From the NCBI GenBank assembly GCA_963664875.1, contig OY761611.1:1504001-1568000 (forward strand): 64,000 nt of DNA, given 5' to 3'. A model generated the notes under the pieces. It was not told the DNA's origin. It did no database searches and saw nothing but the letters and a program-made list of their open reading frames with translations. The translations under genes were made by a program, and so were the position numbers. The DNA comes from Candidatus Kapaibacterium sp. Its GTDB lineage: Bacteria; Bacteroidota; Ignavibacteria; Kapaibacteriales; UBA2268. This document shows positions 1-10,734 of the stretch, one piece after another. Position 1 is the first letter of the stretch, and the number at the start of each line of letters is the position of its first letter.

Positions 1-41
1 AATACATTCTGGTAATTAAAGACTATCAGATTGTAAAAAAT

Positions 42-755
42 TTATTCAAGATTTCTGATATTTCCCGAGCCATTTTGCATTGTGCGTACTTCTTTTGGTT
101 TACCTTTATAGAGAATGTCACCACTTCCGTTAAGTTCTGCAACAAATAGATTTTCTACATTCACTGAGATATTTCCGCTACCATTTAACTCTATTTTTGA
201 GCTTTGCGAAACGCAATCAAGAAGATTTATATCTCCGCTTCCGTTTTGTTCTATCTCAGTTTCATTAACTTTGCCTGCTACGCTTATGTTACCTGAACCG
301 TCCAATTCGATATCAAGCTCAACATATTTAATTTCAGCAAGATTTACGCTCCCGGAGCCGTCAATTTCGATTTCTAATTCATCTCCGCTAAGAGCAGTTT
401 GTGATAGAATAGAGCCACTCCCGTCAATTTCCAACTCTTTGCAATTAGGCATTGATATATAAATGTCTAATTTGCTTGGTGAGATATTCTCTTCGGAATA
501 AATAACAAGATTTTCCCCGTCCATTTTTGTCAAAACTAAATCCTGAATGTTAGAATCAGTTATTATTTTAACGCTCGGACTGCCCTGGCTAAGATAGACG
601 TTGCCATTTCCTTCGAGCTCTATGCCACTAAACCCTGAAACTACTCTTTCAGTTTCAGTAATCTGGTTATTCCCGCTAATTCCACCTTTAAAGAAAGAAC
701 AGGATGACAAGGCAACCACTAATGATATAAATATTGCAAGTGTTTTTAAACTCAT
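42..755 (-). CDS. Head GIN domain / DUF2807 family lipoprotein (putative auto-transporter adhesin head)
   Basis: Lipobox-like ALSSC; repeated (L/I)xGSG(N/D/S)(I/V) units typical of DUF2807. ATG at 755 is preceded by AGGGG RBS; the ORF-track start at 797 overlaps the upstream gene. Confidence 0.85.
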   Translation of the reverse strand: MSLKTLAIFISLVVALSSCSFFKGGISGNNQITETERVVSGFSGIELEGNGNVYLSQGSPSVKIITDSNIQDLVLTKMDGENLVIYSEENISPSKLDIYISMPNCKELEIDGSGSILSQTALSGDELEIEIDGSGSVNLAEIKYVELDIELDGSGNISVAGKVNETEIEQNGSGDINLLDCVSQSSKIELNGSGNISVNVENLFVAELNGSGDILYKGKPKEVRTMQNGSGNIRNLE

Positions 756-765
756 ATTATTTCCC

Positions 766-1479
766 CTATAAAATTTCAAATTTTGCCTGAATTTCATACC
801 TGATTTTTATCTTTTTGAATTCATCATAGTTTGAACTATCGTCGCTGCCCTCCATCATCATTGCTGTATTCGAATACATATTTTTAGCTCGAAAAACAGG
901 GTATGGATTATCTGCAACTTCTACTATATAAAGCACTTTTCCTATTTTTTGACCGACACTTTCCACCAAGTACTCTGCTTTTTCTTTCGCAGCTTTAAGA
1001 GCATTTATTTTAACTTGTTTTCTAAATTCAGTCATATCTTTGTTTTTAAGTTCAGCAATGTTTATGTAGTCAATACCTCTGACGTTTAGATATGTCATTA
1101 GTTTATCTACCACTTTAAAATCTTTGATGTTTATGTGAAGTTCTTTCCTTTTAAGGAAATCTTTGCCTCTTTGTCTCCAATTATTCCCACCATCAATCAG
1201 CGTCATTTGCTCTTTTTTAATACCAAGCTCTTCCAATTGTTTAATTACTAAAGGCTCGATTTTTTCCAAAGAAACTTTGGTTTTATAATCTTCGTATTTT
1301 TTACCGGCAATATATTCCTCTTCGAAATATTCCGAAAAACCAACTGCAAGGATTATTTCGTCGGGTGTTATTTCCATTTCGGCACTGCCGCTTACCTGAA
1401 TATATGGTGTTTCATCTGCAAAACTAATAACCGGCAATAGAGCAATAGCCAGAATCCACAAAATAAATGTCTTTTTCAT
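766..1479 (-). CDS. SIMPL domain (DUF541) periplasmic protein
   Basis: Signal peptide; IQVSGSAEMEITPD start and ALKAAKEKAEYL motif; AGGAG RBS upstream of ATG 1479. Confidence 0.85.
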   Translation of the reverse strand: MKKTFILWILAIALLPVISFADETPYIQVSGSAEMEITPDEIILAVGFSEYFEEEYIAGKKYEDYKTKVSLEKIEPLVIKQLEELGIKKEQMTLIDGGNNWRQRGKDFLKRKELHINIKDFKVVDKLMTYLNVRGIDYINIAELKNKDMTEFRKQVKINALKAAKEKAEYLVESVGQKIGKVLYIVEVADNPYPVFRAKNMYSNTAMMMEGSDDSSNYDEFKKIKIRYEIQAKFEIL

Positions 1480-1595
1480 ATCACTTCTCCTTTGACTAAA
1501 ACTATTCAAATTATGTCTCTTTGACAATAGTAGTTTATACGTAATTTTGTGTCATTTAGTTCTTACTATTGTCAACTCGCTCCGATTTCATCAAT

Positions 1596-1630
1596 AAAAA
1601 AAAGACCTCTACATAAAAAATGTAAAGGTC
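1596..1630 (-). terminator. Intrinsic terminator after the MCP gene
   Basis: GACCTTTACA/TGTAGAGGTC stem followed by T8 on the minus strand. Confidence 0.65.
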
Positions 1631-1699
1631 ACTTGTTTGACTGTAATAAAGTCTCTATTCAAAAATTGAACCGAAAGTTATGTATATACTTCGGCTTCT

Positions 1700-4600
1700 T
1701 TACGATTCCCATTTAGAGGAAGGCGGAAGCGATTGCCTTTCTCTACTGTCGATAAAGACTTTACCTTCGGCAATTTTCTTGTCAATTTTAAACTTCTTCA
1801 TGACGCGTTGCAGATTATCAGTCATCTCTGTTAAGGTTTCGGATGAGCGGGCAATCGATTCTATATTTTTAGCTGAGCTAATCGCTACCTCAGATATTGC
1901 TGTAACATTTTTTGACAATTGCTCACCCGTAGCGGCTTGTTGCTCAGATGAAGAGGCAATCGAGTTTACCATATCCAAAACGTCTTCAGAGCTTTGTACA
2001 ACTCGGTTTAGAGCATCTCCGGCATTATCTGCCAAAGTAATGCCATGCTGCACTTCTTCATTTCCTTTTTGCATTACCTGCACCGCAGCTTCTGTTTCCT
2101 TTTGGATGCTATTTATCATATAAGAAATCTGTTTTGTTGCATCTGTGGTTCTTTCAGCAAGTTTCCTTACTTCATCGGCAACAACTGCAAATCCTCTTCC
2201 TTGCTCGCCGGCTCGTGCAGCTTCTATTGCCGCATTTAGAGCCAGGAGATTTGTTTGATCTGCAATTTCTTCAATTACAGAAATTATAGCACCAATCTCA
2301 GTCGAAGATTTACCTAATTTCTCTATATTCAAGGCGGATTGCTGTACTACTTTAGCAATCTCTTTCATTTTTTCAATAGTTTGGACTACAACCTGTCCCC
2401 CGTCTTTTGCTATCTTACCGTTATTATCTGCAAAATTTGCTGTCTTGTTGGCATTAGAGGAGTTCTCAGTAATTGTCATGCTCATTTCTTCAATTGCTGA
2501 AGCAATCTCTTCTACCTGAGTGCTTTGCTCCTGTGATGAAGTCGCTACGCTTTCAGAGGCATGTGAAATATCATTGGAGGCATTAGCAACTGCAACTACT
2601 ACATCATTTAACTGAGCAAGTAATTCCGAAAGTGAATCGCCAAGTGAATTGATATTATCTTTCAACTTCTCATGATCGCCCATGTAATTACCTACCATTC
2701 TTGCTGTCATATCGCCAGAAGCCATTATCTGCAGCACCTCACCGGCTTCCTCAATTGGTTCGACTACTGCATCGAGCGTTTGATTGATACCGGAAACAAT
2801 GTCATTCCATCTGCCGGGGTAACCTGAGGTATTTATTCTTTGCTTCAAATCACCTTCAATTGCTTTTTGAGCAGCACCTGCAGTGTCATCTATCAGATTT
2901 TGAATAAAGTCTGCAAGGATATTTATATATTCAGCCAAATTTCTGTATTCACCTTTCGAATCATCTAAGTTTAGTTTTACTAATTCCTGCCCCTTTGATA
3001 CTTTATTGAGGAAGTCTAAAGTCGTATTAAATTGATCTGTGAAAGCATCTATTGTACTATTTACACCCAATATCACATTAGCAAAATCTCCGCTATGTTT
3101 CTCTACATCTGCTCTTACAGCGAAATTACCACTTATAGCCGCATCCGAAAGAATCTGCACATCATTTACCAAAGCTCTGATTGAATCCATCATTTTGATA
3201 AATGCCGGAGTCAACTCGTCTTGCTCAGAGAATTTGCCTTTTTCTTTCAATTTATCTAATTGACTCAGATTACCGTTACTTATCTCTATTGCAAGTCCTA
3301 ATATCCTTTCTAACTTGCCAACAGTGTTTTCGATTGCAGTTTGCAACTGTTTCCACTTACCTGAGTATTGTCTGTTGATTTTTACAGTAAAGTCATTATT
3401 AGAAATTGATTCAAGAATATGTAAACATTCGTTGATAGGTTGAGTCATGCCGACAAACATCTGGTTTATGCCAATGATTAGCTCTTTCCAGCCACCTGTA
3501 AATATTTCTTCGTTGCCTCTTGTATCTAATTCGCCTTCGTGAGCAGCTTCGATAAGATCTGCGATTTCATTGTGAATATTCGTAAGATTTGTTCGAAGCT
3601 CATTTGTTCTTTCTGTAGCAATAATTCGTTTACCCGGCAAATCTTCTAATTCTTCTGTAAAGTTTCCATTCGCATATTCTGAAAGTATATCGAGAATACG
3701 CATTAGTACATCTACGTGATCTTTGACAGTAGAATTTACTCCCATTGCCATTGCTTTGTATGCACCCGCAAATTTATCCTCGTTTATAAAGATATCAATT
3801 TCACCTTTCGCCTGCTCTTCACTCATAAATTGCATTTCGGCGATGAAAGTAGAAAGGTTATTGATTAGTCCGTTGATATTCTTTTTGATTTCGTTGAAGT
3901 CCCCGTTAAAATCTTCTTCAATAGGTTTTGGAATATCACCCTTGGAGATTCTGTCAATGTACTGAGCAGAAATATTTATCGGAGTAGTTACAGCATCTAA
4001 TGTCTTATTAAAGCCGCCAACTAACTGTCTGAAAGCACCTTCGTATTTTTCTTCATCACCTCTTACATCAAGTTTTCCGGCTTGTGCTCCGTCGATCAAT
4101 GCTTGTAAATCATTTGCCATTTCAAGTATATTTGCTTTCATGCGGTCAAGGTTTTCATTTGCAATAGCTTGCTTGCCGGGTAGCGGTTTCAAAGTTGGCT
4201 TCATATTCCCTTTACCATAAGCACCAAGTATCGCCAATATTTTTTTTATGTTATTGATGTATATTCTCACAGCATCATTGCTGTTATGAGCCATAGCCTG
4301 ATAAAATCCTTTGTACTTATCTTCATCGATAAAGAAATCAATATCGCCATTGACTCTATGTTCATAAATAAACTGCTCAACATCTTTACTGTATGTATTT
4401 AAATTATCAATAAGCATATTGATATTGTTTTTTAGCTCATTAAAATCGCCATTATACTTTTCAGTGATTCGTGGGGGCATATTACCTTCAGCAATTTTCG
4501 CAACGTAGCCTGCAGCTGTATTGAGTGGCGTAACAAGTGCATCTAATGTCCTGTTGAATCCATCAATCATATCACCAAAAGCTCCGGGATATTTAGCTAC

Positions 4601-5821
4601 ATCACCGCGTTTTTGCAAATCACCCTGCTCTGCTGCAAAAGTAAGAGCCTTAGTTTCCTCTATCAATTCATTTTGGATAGACATAAGATTTCTAAAGGCT
4701 TCTGCAAGTGCGCCAAGTTCGTCCTTGCCGGTATAGTCACATTTGATATTCACATTCCCTTCGGAAACGGATTTGGCATAATCTCTGATTTTTTCGATAG
4801 GTTGTGAAAAAGATTTTGTAAAGAAGTAGATTCCAACTTGTGCAAAAACCATAAATATCATACTCCCCAACACAAGCTCCCAAACTATTCCAATCGTAGC
4901 AGATTGTATCTCACTGACAGGGACATCTATTTTTACGAACCATGTTTGATTGGTATGTGCAAACTTTATCGGATGAGTAATTACAAAGTCTTCGCCGATA
5001 GTCTCTGCTGATGTTTTTTCTATTGACTTATAATCCAAAGATTTGGAATATAAAGCAAAAGCACTTTCAAGATTCTTTCCGATTAGAGTGTCTCCTGCGG
5101 AAGAAGCACAGATGTTCCCTTGATCCGAGAAAATAGAAATGATTCCTGTTTCATTAAATATCGATTGAGATGCCAAAGCTCTTTGCACGCGGTCAATATC
5201 GAGACCGATGACATTGATCCCTTTGACATCACCATTTATTACAATAGGAACTATTACATTAGCAGAATGTATTTGATTTTGACCAATAAGCCTACTCATC
5301 GAAGCAGTAACTACCGGTGTTTTAGATGCTAAACCGAGTTCGATTTCTTTTTGACTTAGTACATTTTGCAAATCAAATTGTCGCTTTTCTTTATCAGTTT
5401 TGATTATACCTTTAGAAAAATGACCTAAAACTCCGTCTAAAGTATCAAAAGCATTATCTTTCCAATGAGTACCGATATATAGGACACTATTGTCAATATC
5501 AGTAAATGTGCTCAATTTTTCAGTGATATAATCTCTGTCAACTTCAGCACTCACTCCATAAGCATTTTGAATATCTTTCGCAGTAAGCTCGGCAATAATT
5601 ATTGCTTTTTCGAAAGACGATTTTACTTTTTCAGCCTGGCTGTCAGATAATGTGATAAGCCTATTTTCGATAGACTCCTCATTATTGATAAAAGTACGAA
5701 TTGCAGCCTGTACAATCAATGCAAGAGAAAGCATAATCATGCTTGCTGTGGTAGCAAACGTGAGCTTAGCTTTGATTGTTTTCATATTAAAGTAAAAACT
5801 AAGTAGCCGTTCAAGTCTCAT
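1700..5821 (-). CDS. Methyl-accepting chemotaxis protein with Cache-like sensor and poly-HAMP array
   Basis: Two TM helices flank a periplasmic domain, followed by about 16 HAMP-like repeats and the signalling hairpin [38 protein letters not shown]. Confidence 0.95.
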   Translation of the reverse strand: MRLERLLSFYFNMKTIKAKLTFATTASMIMLSLALIVQAAIRTFINNEESIENRLITLSDSQAEKVKSSFEKAIIIAELTAKDIQNAYGVSAEVDRDYITEKLSTFTDIDNSVLYIGTHWKDNAFDTLDGVLGHFSKGIIKTDKEKRQFDLQNVLSQKEIELGLASKTPVVTASMSRLIGQNQIHSANVIVPIVINGDVKGINVIGLDIDRVQRALASQSIFNETGIISIFSDQGNICASSAGDTLIGKNLESAFALYSKSLDYKSIEKTSAETIGEDFVITHPIKFAHTNQTWFVKIDVPVSEIQSATIGIVWELVLGSMIFMVFAQVGIYFFTKSFSQPIEKIRDYAKSVSEGNVNIKCDYTGKDELGALAEAFRNLMSIQNELIEETKALTFAAEQGDLQKRGDVAKYPGAFGDMIDGFNRTLDALVTPLNTAAGYVAKIAEGNMPPRITEKYNGDFNELKNNINMLIDNLNTYSKDVEQFIYEHRVNGDIDFFIDEDKYKGFYQAMAHNSNDAVRIYINNIKKILAILGAYGKGNMKPTLKPLPGKQAIANENLDRMKANILEMANDLQALIDGAQAGKLDVRGDEEKYEGAFRQLVGGFNKTLDAVTTPINISAQYIDRISKGDIPKPIEEDFNGDFNEIKKNINGLINNLSTFIAEMQFMSEEQAKGEIDIFINEDKFAGAYKAMAMGVNSTVKDHVDVLMRILDILSEYANGNFTEELEDLPGKRIIATERTNELRTNLTNIHNEIADLIEAAHEGELDTRGNEEIFTGGWKELIIGINQMFVGMTQPINECLHILESISNNDFTVKINRQYSGKWKQLQTAIENTVGKLERILGLAIEISNGNLSQLDKLKEKGKFSEQDELTPAFIKMMDSIRALVNDVQILSDAAISGNFAVRADVEKHSGDFANVILGVNSTIDAFTDQFNTTLDFLNKVSKGQELVKLNLDDSKGEYRNLAEYINILADFIQNLIDDTAGAAQKAIEGDLKQRINTSGYPGRWNDIVSGINQTLDAVVEPIEEAGEVLQIMASGDMTARMVGNYMGDHEKLKDNINSLGDSLSELLAQLNDVVVAVANASNDISHASESVATSSQEQSTQVEEIASAIEEMSMTITENSSNANKTANFADNNGKIAKDGGQVVVQTIEKMKEIAKVVQQSALNIEKLGKSSTEIGAIISVIEEIADQTNLLALNAAIEAARAGEQGRGFAVVADEVRKLAERTTDATKQISYMINSIQKETEAAVQVMQKGNEEVQHGITLADNAGDALNRVVQSSEDVLDMVNSIASSSEQQAATGEQLSKNVTAISEVAISSAKNIESIARSSETLTEMTDNLQRVMKKFKIDKKIAEGKVFIDSRERQSLPPSSKWES

Positions 5822-6286
5822 AATTCCCCTCTCTCTATAAATACAGATTAAATTGCTACAAAATCAAAGTAGAAACCCGTAGGTTTTCATTTTACTTGGC
5901 AAATATATCCATTATTAATGAAGTTACAAAAATAAAATCATATCAATTGCGATATGATTTTTGTATCGACAATAATTGCGATATTTGTTATAGAAGCCCA
6001 TTTAAAGAGCCTGTGGAGTATTATAGAATCGGAACTTTCTTTTGATGTGATATTCTTTAAGAAGTTATTTATAAATTTTAAAGATATATATTATCTGATT
6101 TAATATTTACAAACATTTTATGTTTATAATGCCTATTTTGATATCAAAATACAAGCAAATTGCTGTTAATATCTTCTTTTAATCATCATAACAATAAACC
6201 TATTTTTTATTAGAATAAGACTCAGTAAAGGAAGATACTATATATATTTTCTGTAATGATTTACTTTTATTCTTAGTTTATATACT

Positions 6287-6823
6287 TTAATCTTGAAGGT
6301 ATTGCTCTATAGCTTTTTCTACCTGGATTTTATTATGGTAACTAAGGTAACGTAGTTTCCCAGATTTGTCAATTACAGCAATAGATGGGATACCACTAAT
6401 GCCGTATTTTTTTGAAGCAATATTATTGGGAGATGGAGCTGCTTCATCCCAAATTTGCTGCCATTCCATGCCATAAGTAATAAGTGCCTGCCTTAAGGCA
6501 TCTTCCTTGTAATCAAGCGAGATACTTATCATTTTAAAATCTTTGTCTTTATATTTTTCATAAATCTGTTTGACTTCAGGCATCGCTTTTATACAAATAT
6601 TGCACCAAGATGCCCAAAAATCGATCACAACAACTTTCCCTTTAAAGTCACTTAACCTTACTGCGTTCCCATCAATATCCAATACATCAAAATCAGGAGC
6701 ATCACTCCCAAATTCAAAGTTCCCGGTTTCAAACACTTTATCCGGCACTTCAGGTGTTGTGGAGGTCTCTTTTGCACAAGAGAATAGGAATATGATGAGT
6801 ATCAAAATAATGCTATGTTTCAT
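6287..6823 (-). CDS. TlpA/ResA-family thiol-disulfide oxidoreductase lipoprotein
   Basis: LFSC lipobox; DFWASWCNIC CxxC; GIP cis-Pro motif. Start taken at MKHSII. Confidence 0.9.
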   Translation of the reverse strand: MKHSIILILIIFLFSCAKETSTTPEVPDKVFETGNFEFGSDAPDFDVLDIDGNAVRLSDFKGKVVVIDFWASWCNICIKAMPEVKQIYEKYKDKDFKMISISLDYKEDALRQALITYGMEWQQIWDEAAPSPNNIASKKYGISGIPSIAVIDKSGKLRYLSYHNKIQVEKAIEQYLQD

Positions 6824-6957
6824 AATAGTTCTCGTTTTACTCCTTATATTGCTATATAGACACATAAAGCAGAACAATGTTACAGATTTTCTTTTATCTC
6901 ATAGCAATGAGTATTATATTTGCTTATTCAGTCTTATCTAAAAGGGGACACCTCAAC

Positions 6958-7374
6958 ATGAAAAATTATAGAAAAGAACTCTGGTTCAATACAACTCAAA
7001 GAAGACAATACATCAACATTACGCGTGACGTGCAACAATGTATTGATGAAAGTGGCATACAGGAAGGTCTAATTCTGGTCAATGCAATGCACATTACAGC
7101 AAGTGTGTTTATAAACGATGATGAATCCGGTCTCCATAATGATTTTGAGAAATGGTTAGAAAAATTGGCACCCGAAAAGCCTCACTCTCAATATGCTCAC
7201 AATGGCTACGAGGATAATGCAGACGCACATCTCAAAAGGCAAATTATGGGCAGAGAAGTAACCTGTGCCATCACTAACGGAAAATTAGATTTTGGCCCAT
7301 GGGAGCAGATTTTCTATGGAGAATATGATGGAAAAAGAAAAAAAAGAGTTTTAGTAAAAATCATCGGTCAATAA
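6958..7374 (+). CDS. yjbQ: YjbQ/UPF0047 family protein (secondary thiamine-phosphate synthase-like)
   Basis: [19 protein letters not shown] and [13 protein letters not shown] motifs; AGGGGA RBS before ATG 6958. Confidence 0.92.
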   Translation: MKNYRKELWFNTTQRRQYINITRDVQQCIDESGIQEGLILVNAMHITASVFINDDESGLHNDFEKWLEKLAPEKPHSQYAHNGYEDNADAHLKRQIMGREVTCAITNGKLDFGPWEQIFYGEYDGKRKKRVLVKIIGQ

Positions 7375-7454
7375 GCTCTGCAAGTCTTATTTGGAGTACA
7401 CTCAGAACCACTACTCTGTTTTACTGAACAAATACCTAAAAAAAAACTAAAGAC

Positions 7455-7491
7455 AAACAGCCCAAAGGCTTTAACTAAGGGCTGTTTTTTT
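7455..7491. terminator. Terminator between convergent yjbQ and lectin genes
   Basis: AAACAGCCC...GGGCTGTTT inverted repeat with T-tract. Confidence 0.65.
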
Positions 7492-7495
7492 CAAT

Positions 7496-8920
7496 TTATT
7501 TGACTACGACTTTTTTTGTCAGAATTGAATTACCGTTTGTTATTTTTACCAAAAAAACACCCGCTTTATCTATTCGGAAATCAAGTTTACTTGTATTCGA
7601 TTTTAATTGATTTACTAACTTCGCTTCTACATCATAAATTTCAATATTAGATTCTCCGGCAGGAAGATTAGTAAGAGAAAGCGCTCCTCTGGTTGGGTTC
7701 GGAAACAGTTCTAATGCCGGTATTAGATTTTCATCTACAGAAATAAATTCATTTACAGAAATCGAAAGAGCTTCTCCGTACTCACTTTCACCGCAATCAT
7801 TCAAAGCTCTCGCAGAAAGAAAAACTTCACCATGATAATCATCGTTCCAAGCAACAGTGGCATTTATCCCCTCTGATGTAATTTCTCCTGCTTCCGCAGG
7901 ATTGAGCATCCATTCATAAGTTTTGGCATCAGGTATTGCAGCAATAGAATATGAAGTTTCCGGTTTTTCTTCTGACTGTAATACTTTTTCGCCATCAGGC
8001 ATATCTGGAGCCGGCGGAATATCTTTAAGAACTACATTGAACTCATCGGACTCTTCGCTTTTCCCTAATGGGTTTATAGCTATAACCTGTACACTAACCG
8101 GACCACTAAAACCTTCTCTCCAAGTAATTGTAGCTATATTATTATCTGCAACAATCTCTGCAGCACTTTCGGGATTGACTATCCACTCGTAAGCGGTTGC
8201 TTCTTCGATTGCGGAACAGGTATATTCATTAGCAGTTCCGACACACGATTCGGCAGCTCCCTGAATTATTTCCGGTTTAGAAGGAACACCAGCATAATCA
8301 TATTCAATAATGAAATACAGGGCATTTGTTTCGTCAATGTCATTCCACTCTCCGGTTTTTCCCAAAAATCCGGCACCCTTAGGCCATGCTTCCAGTCCAA
8401 TCGCAGCTGCGTTCTGCTTGCCAAGAAAATTATCGGGTTCGTTTGGTACTGCCTGACCTTGACCTCCACCCCAATTTTGATATCTTTCATTTACAGTTTT
8501 ACCATTCCCTTCTCCATTTGCTCCCTGACCTTCCCAAAACTTCTCGCCTTTACCGTCATTATCGCCGTCCCACTTCCATTCGCCTTCTTTTTCTTTGTCA
8601 TTGGCACCAATCCAAACATACGCAATACCACCTCCGTCATTGACAGTTGTGTAGTTTTTTTGGACTTTCCCATTCGTTACTATTTCATGATACATTGCCT
8701 GTTGCTCAGCCTGAGTCTCAATTTGCATAAGATAACCGCCTTTGTCTTTAGCATATTTTGCGGCATCTTCCCAATTCATTTTTTGTTCTACAATTTCATA
8801 AGTTTTGTTTTCGTGAGTAAATCGTTTTGCCTGAGTTTGGGCATTTCCGGTGCAAAGTAATCCTGTCAGAGACAAAAAAATGCTTGCAGCAAAGAATGTA
8901 GAAATTCGATTCATTACCAT
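7496..8920 (-). CDS. T9SS-secreted protein: C-type lectin domain, two PKD/Ig-like repeats, type-A CTD
   Basis: Signal peptide; YVWIGANDKEKEGEWKW, EPDN and WND motifs; C-terminal LFPNPTRG...KKVVVK. Start is uncertain (8914-8929). Confidence 0.85.
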   Translation of the reverse strand: MVMNRISTFFAASIFLSLTGLLCTGNAQTQAKRFTHENKTYEIVEQKMNWEDAAKYAKDKGGYLMQIETQAEQQAMYHEIVTNGKVQKNYTTVNDGGGIAYVWIGANDKEKEGEWKWDGDNDGKGEKFWEGQGANGEGNGKTVNERYQNWGGGQGQAVPNEPDNFLGKQNAAAIGLEAWPKGAGFLGKTGEWNDIDETNALYFIIEYDYAGVPSKPEIIQGAAESCVGTANEYTCSAIEEATAYEWIVNPESAAEIVADNNIATITWREGFSGPVSVQVIAINPLGKSEESDEFNVVLKDIPPAPDMPDGEKVLQSEEKPETSYSIAAIPDAKTYEWMLNPAEAGEITSEGINATVAWNDDYHGEVFLSARALNDCGESEYGEALSISVNEFISVDENLIPALELFPNPTRGALSLTNLPAGESNIEIYDVEAKLVNQLKSNTSKLDFRIDKAGVFLVKITNGNSILTKKVVVK

Positions 8921-8990
8921 AACCCTCAATTATAAAAATACTTCGTCAATTTAGAGACACATCTTTTGACAAAATGTTTCACATACGAAT

Positions 8991-9022
8991 AAAAAAAGAG
9001 TTGATGCAACCACCAACTCTTC
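8991..9022 (-). terminator. Intrinsic terminator after alkaline phosphatase 1
   Basis: AAGAGTTGGT/ATCAACTCTT hairpin plus T-tract on the minus strand. Confidence 0.65.
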
Positions 9023-9046
9023 TAAACAAAAACAGTTTACAAACAT

Positions 9047-10546
9047 CTATTTATTTCTCAATCTACCAATACTCATTATTCTCTTAGGGATGTCTGTATT
9101 ATCATAATATCCGGTAAAATAGTTTTGCCCCTGCCCTATCGCAAATACCGTAACCGGAAGTCCTGTATGTGAGTATGAAGTCCATCCGATTCCTGCCTTA
9201 CGATTAAGAATATGAGTTGTTGTTATGGTCAGCGGCTCATAATAGCTGTAATTAAGCAAATCCTCTTCTGATTGATTAGCTTCTTTAGATTTAACAGTTT
9301 TTATGTAAGCGTCTTTCAAAAGTTTCAATTCGTATTCTGAAAGTGCAAGTTTGGCATTGAGCTCTGCATTTCCCAACCCGAAATAGTCTTTGATTTTAGT
9401 CAGAGCAGTTTCAAACGTAAATGAAGAGTTTTTATCTGCCTTCCATTCAGCTACTAAGTCTGCAAACTTTTCAGCAGATATTTTCTGGTGTTTCAATATT
9501 TCAAAAGCACTTTCATATCCTGTATTGGCAAATCCGAGAGTCAAGCCTCCACATTCATGGTCAGCAGTAACTATAATTAAAGTTTCATCGGGGTGTTTTT
9601 TATAAAATTCTAAAGCTCTGCCGATTGCCTTATCAAAAGCAATTGTTTCTTTAGCAGCAGTTACTGCGTCGTTTGCGTGGCACGCCCAATCTATCTTACC
9701 ACCTTCCACCATCATAAAAAATCCGTTTGGATTGTCGAGGAGCTCAATTCCTTTTTGTGTAAATTCCTCTAAAGCTATATGATTTTGCTCCCTGTCAATT
9801 TCATACCATAGAGCAGCTTCTGCATCAAGAGTATGATTATAAGCCCATAACTTTTCGCCGTTTTTTGCATTCTGCAAATCTTCACGCGAAGAAACAATTT
9901 TATATCCGGCTCCTAACATTCTTTGCTTAATATCTCTCAAAGTATCTGCTGAGTAATCCCCTTTAGCATAACCACCGGCGTAATAGTCGAAGTTAGCCAC
10001 AGCCATCTGTTTTGCAATGTTATACATATTTTTCCTGGTATCTTCGTGGGCATAAAAAGCCGCCGGTGTGGCATGATCTATCGAAACAGAGGAGACTATA
10101 CCCACACGCATTCCCTTTTCTTTAGCCATTTCGGCGATGGTTTTCAGATTTGCTGAATGATCTCCCTTTTTTGAGATTGTATTTATGGTAGTTTTTTCTC
10201 CTGTCGCTAAAGCAGTGCCGGCAGCTGCAGAGCCTGTGATATATCTGTTTTCTGCGAATGTAGTAGCCAGTCCTGTTACAGGCAATTGAGTCATATTCAG
10301 CTGAGCCAGACCAACTCTGACATAACCGTTTTCAGGAATATTAGCATAAGCCTGAGCAAGATTTATCTGAGGAAGTGCCATCCCATCTCCAATAAAAAAG
10401 AAGATATACTTAGGCACTTTATATTGAGACGAGCTTTCATCCTGTGAGTTATTCCCATTAGCACTATCAATAGAGCATGAAGCAATAAAAGGAATTAACA
10501 AAACTAATATCATAAATTTGGTAGTGATTCTCAATCTTTGAAGCAT
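9047..10546 (-). CDS. phoA: Alkaline phosphatase (PhoA family) lipoprotein, copy 1
   Basis: FFIGDGM, TGSAAAGTA, HATPAAF, MVEGGKIDWACHAND, TADHECGG, HTG motifs; IASC lipobox; GGAG RBS. Confidence 0.93.
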   Translation of the reverse strand: MLQRLRITTKFMILVLLIPFIASCSIDSANGNNSQDESSSQYKVPKYIFFFIGDGMALPQINLAQAYANIPENGYVRVGLAQLNMTQLPVTGLATTFAENRYITGSAAAGTALATGEKTTINTISKKGDHSANLKTIAEMAKEKGMRVGIVSSVSIDHATPAAFYAHEDTRKNMYNIAKQMAVANFDYYAGGYAKGDYSADTLRDIKQRMLGAGYKIVSSREDLQNAKNGEKLWAYNHTLDAEAALWYEIDREQNHIALEEFTQKGIELLDNPNGFFMMVEGGKIDWACHANDAVTAAKETIAFDKAIGRALEFYKKHPDETLIIVTADHECGGLTLGFANTGYESAFEILKHQKISAEKFADLVAEWKADKNSSFTFETALTKIKDYFGLGNAELNAKLALSEYELKLLKDAYIKTVKSKEANQSEEDLLNYSYYEPLTITTTHILNRKAGIGWTSYSHTGLPVTVFAIGQGQNYFTGYYDNTDIPKRIMSIGRLRNK

Positions 10547-10734
10547 AGTTACTCCACAAAAGTTTGTTATTCGTATCTTTTTGTCTCGTCTCAAATCTAA
10601 CACAAAATAAATTCATGTGGGAGTCAAAAGTCAGAAAATCCTTATATAATTTCCGTTTTTTTTGAAATCACGAAATAGACAATGCTCCCTTTATCTGATA
10701 ATTCAATTTAAGAGATGGTTTCAATATAATTATT

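Noticed and set aside
5860-5910. GGCAAA and a small hairpin upstream of the MCP as a c-di-GMP-I riboswitch
   Set aside because: GGCAAA is on the wrong strand, and the GNRA loop / GACGCAAAGC core is missing.
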